Made by a program: the position numbers and the translations under genes
Part shown: positions 60,745 to 64,000 of the stretch, piece by piece
How the letters are laid out: the number at the start of each line of letters is the position of its first letter
Numbering within the stretch: position 1 is the stretch's first letter
Assembly: GCF_009914755.1 (NCBI RefSeq)
Contig: NC_060947.1
Direction: 5' to 3' (one strand)
Source of the DNA: the human T2T-CHM13v2.0 reference genome, Homo sapiens
DNA: 64,000 nucleotides
Notes under the pieces: model-generated
The model's database searches: none
Told to the model about the DNA's origin: nothing
The model's input: only the letters and a program-made list of their open reading frames with translations

Positions 60745-62555
60745 TTTTTAAATTTTTAATAATTTTTTATTTTTAACTTTTGTGGCTACACAGTAAATGT
60801 ATATATTTATGGGATACATGAGATGTTTTGATACAGTCATGCAATGGATAATAATCACATTATGGAAAATGGAGCATTAATTTTTTGTGTTATATGAAAA
60901 CCAGTTATACTCTTTTAGTTATTTTAAAATGTATAATTAAAGTATTATTGACTATAGACATGCTGTTGTGCTATCAAATACTAGGTCTTATTCATTCATC
61001 TAAATTTTTTTTGTACCCATTAACCATACCCACTTTTCCCACAGACTCCTCCACTACACTTTCCAGTCTCTGGTAACCATTCTTCTATTCTCTATCTTTA
61101 TGGATTCAATTGTTTTGATGTTTAGATCCCACAAATAAGTGAGAACATGAGATGTTTTCTTTCTGTGCCTGGTTTATTTCACTTAACATAATGACCTCCA
61201 GTTCCATCCACGTTGTTGCAAATGATTGAATCTTATTCTATTTTATGGCTGAATTGTTCTCCATTGTGTACATGTGCCACATTATCTTTAACCATTTGTT
61301 AGGTGATGGACACTTAGGTTGCTTCCAAATGTTGTCTATTGAGAACAGAGCTGCAGCAAACATGAGAGTGCAGATATCTCTTTGATACACTGGTTTTCTT
61401 TCTTTCTGGTATATATGCAGCAGCGGGGGTGCTGCATTGTATGGTAGCTCTATTTTTAGTTTTTTTGAGGAATCTCTAGGCTGTTCTCCATAGTAGTTGT
61501 ACTAATATACGTTCCCACCAACAATGTACATGAGTTCCCTTTTCTCCATATTCTCACTGGCATTTGCCATTGCCTGTCTTTTGGATATAAGCCACTTAAC
61601 TTCAGTGAGATGATTATCTCATTATAGTTCTAACATGCATTCTTCTGATGACCAATGATGTCAAGCACCTTTTCATATGCCTGTTTGTCATTTGTATATC
61701 TTCTTTTGAAAAATGTCTATTCAAATTTTATGCCAGTTTTTAATTGAATTATTAGATTTTTTTCCTATAGACTTATTTGAGCACCATATATATTCTGGTT
61801 ATTAATCCCTTTGCAGGTGAGTATTTTGAAAATATTTTCTCTCATTCTGTGGGATGACTCTTCAGTTTGTTGGTTGTTTCCTTTGCTGTGCAGAAGCTTT
61901 TTAACTTGAGGGGATCTCATTTGTCCATTTTTGCTTTGGTCACCTGTCCTTGTGGTGTATTACTCAGGAAATCATTTTCAAGAGTGATGTCCTAGAGAGT
62001 TTCCCCAATGTTTTCCCATATTAGCTTCACAGTTTGAGGTCTTAGATTTAAGGATTTAATTCATTTTCATTTGATTTTTGTATATGGTGAGAGATATGAC
62101 TTTAGTTTCATTCTTCTACATATGGGTATCCAGTGTCCTCAGCACCATTAATTGAAGAGATGGTCTTTTTCCCAGTGTTTATTCTTGGCCCCTTTGTCAA
62201 AAATAAGTTCCCTGTAGGTATGTGAATTTGTTTCTGGGATCTTTATTCTGTTCAGTTTGTCTATGTGTCTGTTTTTATGCCAGTATCATGCTGTTTTGTT
62301 TACCATAAATCTGTAGTATAATTTCAAGTCAGGTAATGTGATTCCTCCAGTTTTGCTCTTTTTTGCTGAGGATAGCTTTGGCTATTCTGGGTCTTTCATC
62401 TTTCCACATAAATTTTAGGAAAGTTTTTTTTTCTATTTCTGTAAAGAATGTCATTGTTATTTTGAGAAAGATGCATGGAACGCATGGATTGCTTTGGGTA
62501 GTATGGACATTTCAACAACTTTGTTTCTTCCAATCCATGGGCATGGAATATCTTA
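60745..62555 (-). mobile_element. L1MA2-like 3' portion
   Basis: T-rich tail then gtatatatttatgggatacatgagatgttttgatacag, tagatcccacaaataagtgagaacatg and antisense ORF2. Confidence 0.85.
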
Positions 62556-62564
62556 TCATTATTT

Positions 62565-63640
62565 GGCAAATAATTTATGACTAAGTCCCAAAAAACAAAT
62601 CCAAATAAAAAACCAAATACAAATAAATGAGCCCTAATTAAGCAAAAAAGCTTCTACACAGCAGAGGAAACAATCAATCCGAGTAAACAGACAGCTCACA
62701 GAACGGGAGATAATATTTGCAAATTATGCACCTGACAAATATCTAATATCTGGAATCTATAAGAAACTGAAACAAATCAGCAAGAAAAAACATGTAATAC
62801 CAGTAAAAAGTGAGTAAATGTCATGAATAGATATTTCTCATCTCAAAAGAAGACATACAAATAGCCTATAAATATATGAAAGCATTCTCAACATCACTAA
62901 TCATCAAAGAAATGCAAATTTAAACAACAATGAGATACCCCCTTACCCAAGCCAGAATGGCCATTATTAAAAAGTTTTAAAAAATAAAACAACCCACCAC
63001 CACCAAACCAGACATTGGCACAGATGTGGTGAAAAAGGAATGCTTATACACTGCTGCTGAGCATGTAAATTAGTATAATATCTGTGGAAAACACCATGGC
63101 AATTTCTCAATGAAAAGTAGATCTACCATTCAACCTAGCAATTTCACTGTTGGGTATCTACCCAAAGCAAATAAGTCACTATATCAAAAGACATGTGCAC
63201 GTATATGTTTATTGCAGCACAACTGCAAAGATATGGAACCAACCTAAGTTCTCACCAATCAATGAATGGGTAAAGAAAATGTGGTATATACCTACCATGG
63301 AATATACTCAGTCATAAAAAAGAAAAAAATAATGTCTTTTGCAGCAACTTATAAGAAACTGGAGACTATTATCTGAATCCCAGAAAGTCAGTAACAGAAA
63401 AGCAAATATTGTGTGTTCTTGAAGCCATGGGCATGCAAACGCATACAGAGTGGTATAATGGACACTGGTGACTCATAAGGAGGGAGAGTGGGGTGGTGAG
63501 TGATGAAAAACTACCTATTGGGTACAACGTCCACATTTGGGTTATGGATACACTAAAATCCTGCACCTGACCATGACGAAAATTCATCCATGTAACCAAC
63601 ATCCACTTGTATCTCTATAGCTATTGAGATGAAAAGAAAA
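62565..63640 (+). mobile_element. L1PB-type ORF2 end and 3'UTR
   Basis: Sense ORF2 C-terminus and gatgaaaaactacctattgggtacaa...aattcatccatgtaacca...ctattga. Confidence 0.85.
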
Positions 63641-63644
63641 TTTT

Positions 63645-64000
63645 TAATGGTGTCTGATTTCTGGCTTAGTTGAATGAATGCTGATGCCACCAAACAAAAT
63701 ATGGAATCCGAGTGGAGATGTATAAAGAAAAAGGCTTATTATGATCATTTCTGTTTAACTGTATAGATCATGTGAGATATCTATGAGATATCTAGGACTT
63801 ATATTTAGGGTATGCAAGTGTAGGCATTCCAAGTAAGTGTAAACATATGAGTAATATCATGGCTAATAATTTTAACCATAGAATCATTGAAATCACTTCA
63901 AAATAGGATATCAAGCAAAAAGTATTGGACCAATGACATAAAGCTGAGAAGCACTAACCTTAAGAATTAGGCAGAGGAGATACCTTCAGAGGACCACAGG
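63645..64000 (-). mobile_element. L2 remnant
   Basis: gatttctggcttag...gatgccacc; gtatgcaagtgtaggcattcc; catagaatcattgaaatcact. Confidence 0.5.

Overview
This window is primate (hominoid-like) genomic DNA made almost entirely of interspersed repeats. I see no recognisable host protein-coding exon, RNA gene or CRISPR array, and nearly all listed ORFs are L1, Alu or ERV remnants or their antisense frames. It holds two near-full-length but disabled minus-strand L1PA elements (6099-12221, 43210-49359), two twin-primed young L1s, older L1PB/L1MA/L1ME pieces, five Alu-family SINEs, many L2/MIR remnants, solo LTRs (MLT2 x2, MLT1 x2, MER4A, MST x2, MER52A, LTR9) and DNA transposons (Tigger3, MER3, MER5, MER117). 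The most notable structure is a 5.0-kb HERV-H (25553-30585) that is not a provirus. It runs R-U5-gag-pro-pol-env-U3-R with an 11-bp TSD at a TT/AAGA site and extra 5' Gs, which fits an L1-mobilised retrocopy of unspliced HERV-H RNA. Other oddities: an apparent ~9-kb inversion with an inverted-duplicated breakpoint (53679-62653), a 35-bp templated insertion copied from an LTR 944 bp away, a 23-nt L1 3' transduction, and a perfect 8x34-bp minisatellite inside an old L1. Subfamily names are from recalled consensus motifs, not from a database search, and boundaries of old elements are approximate.
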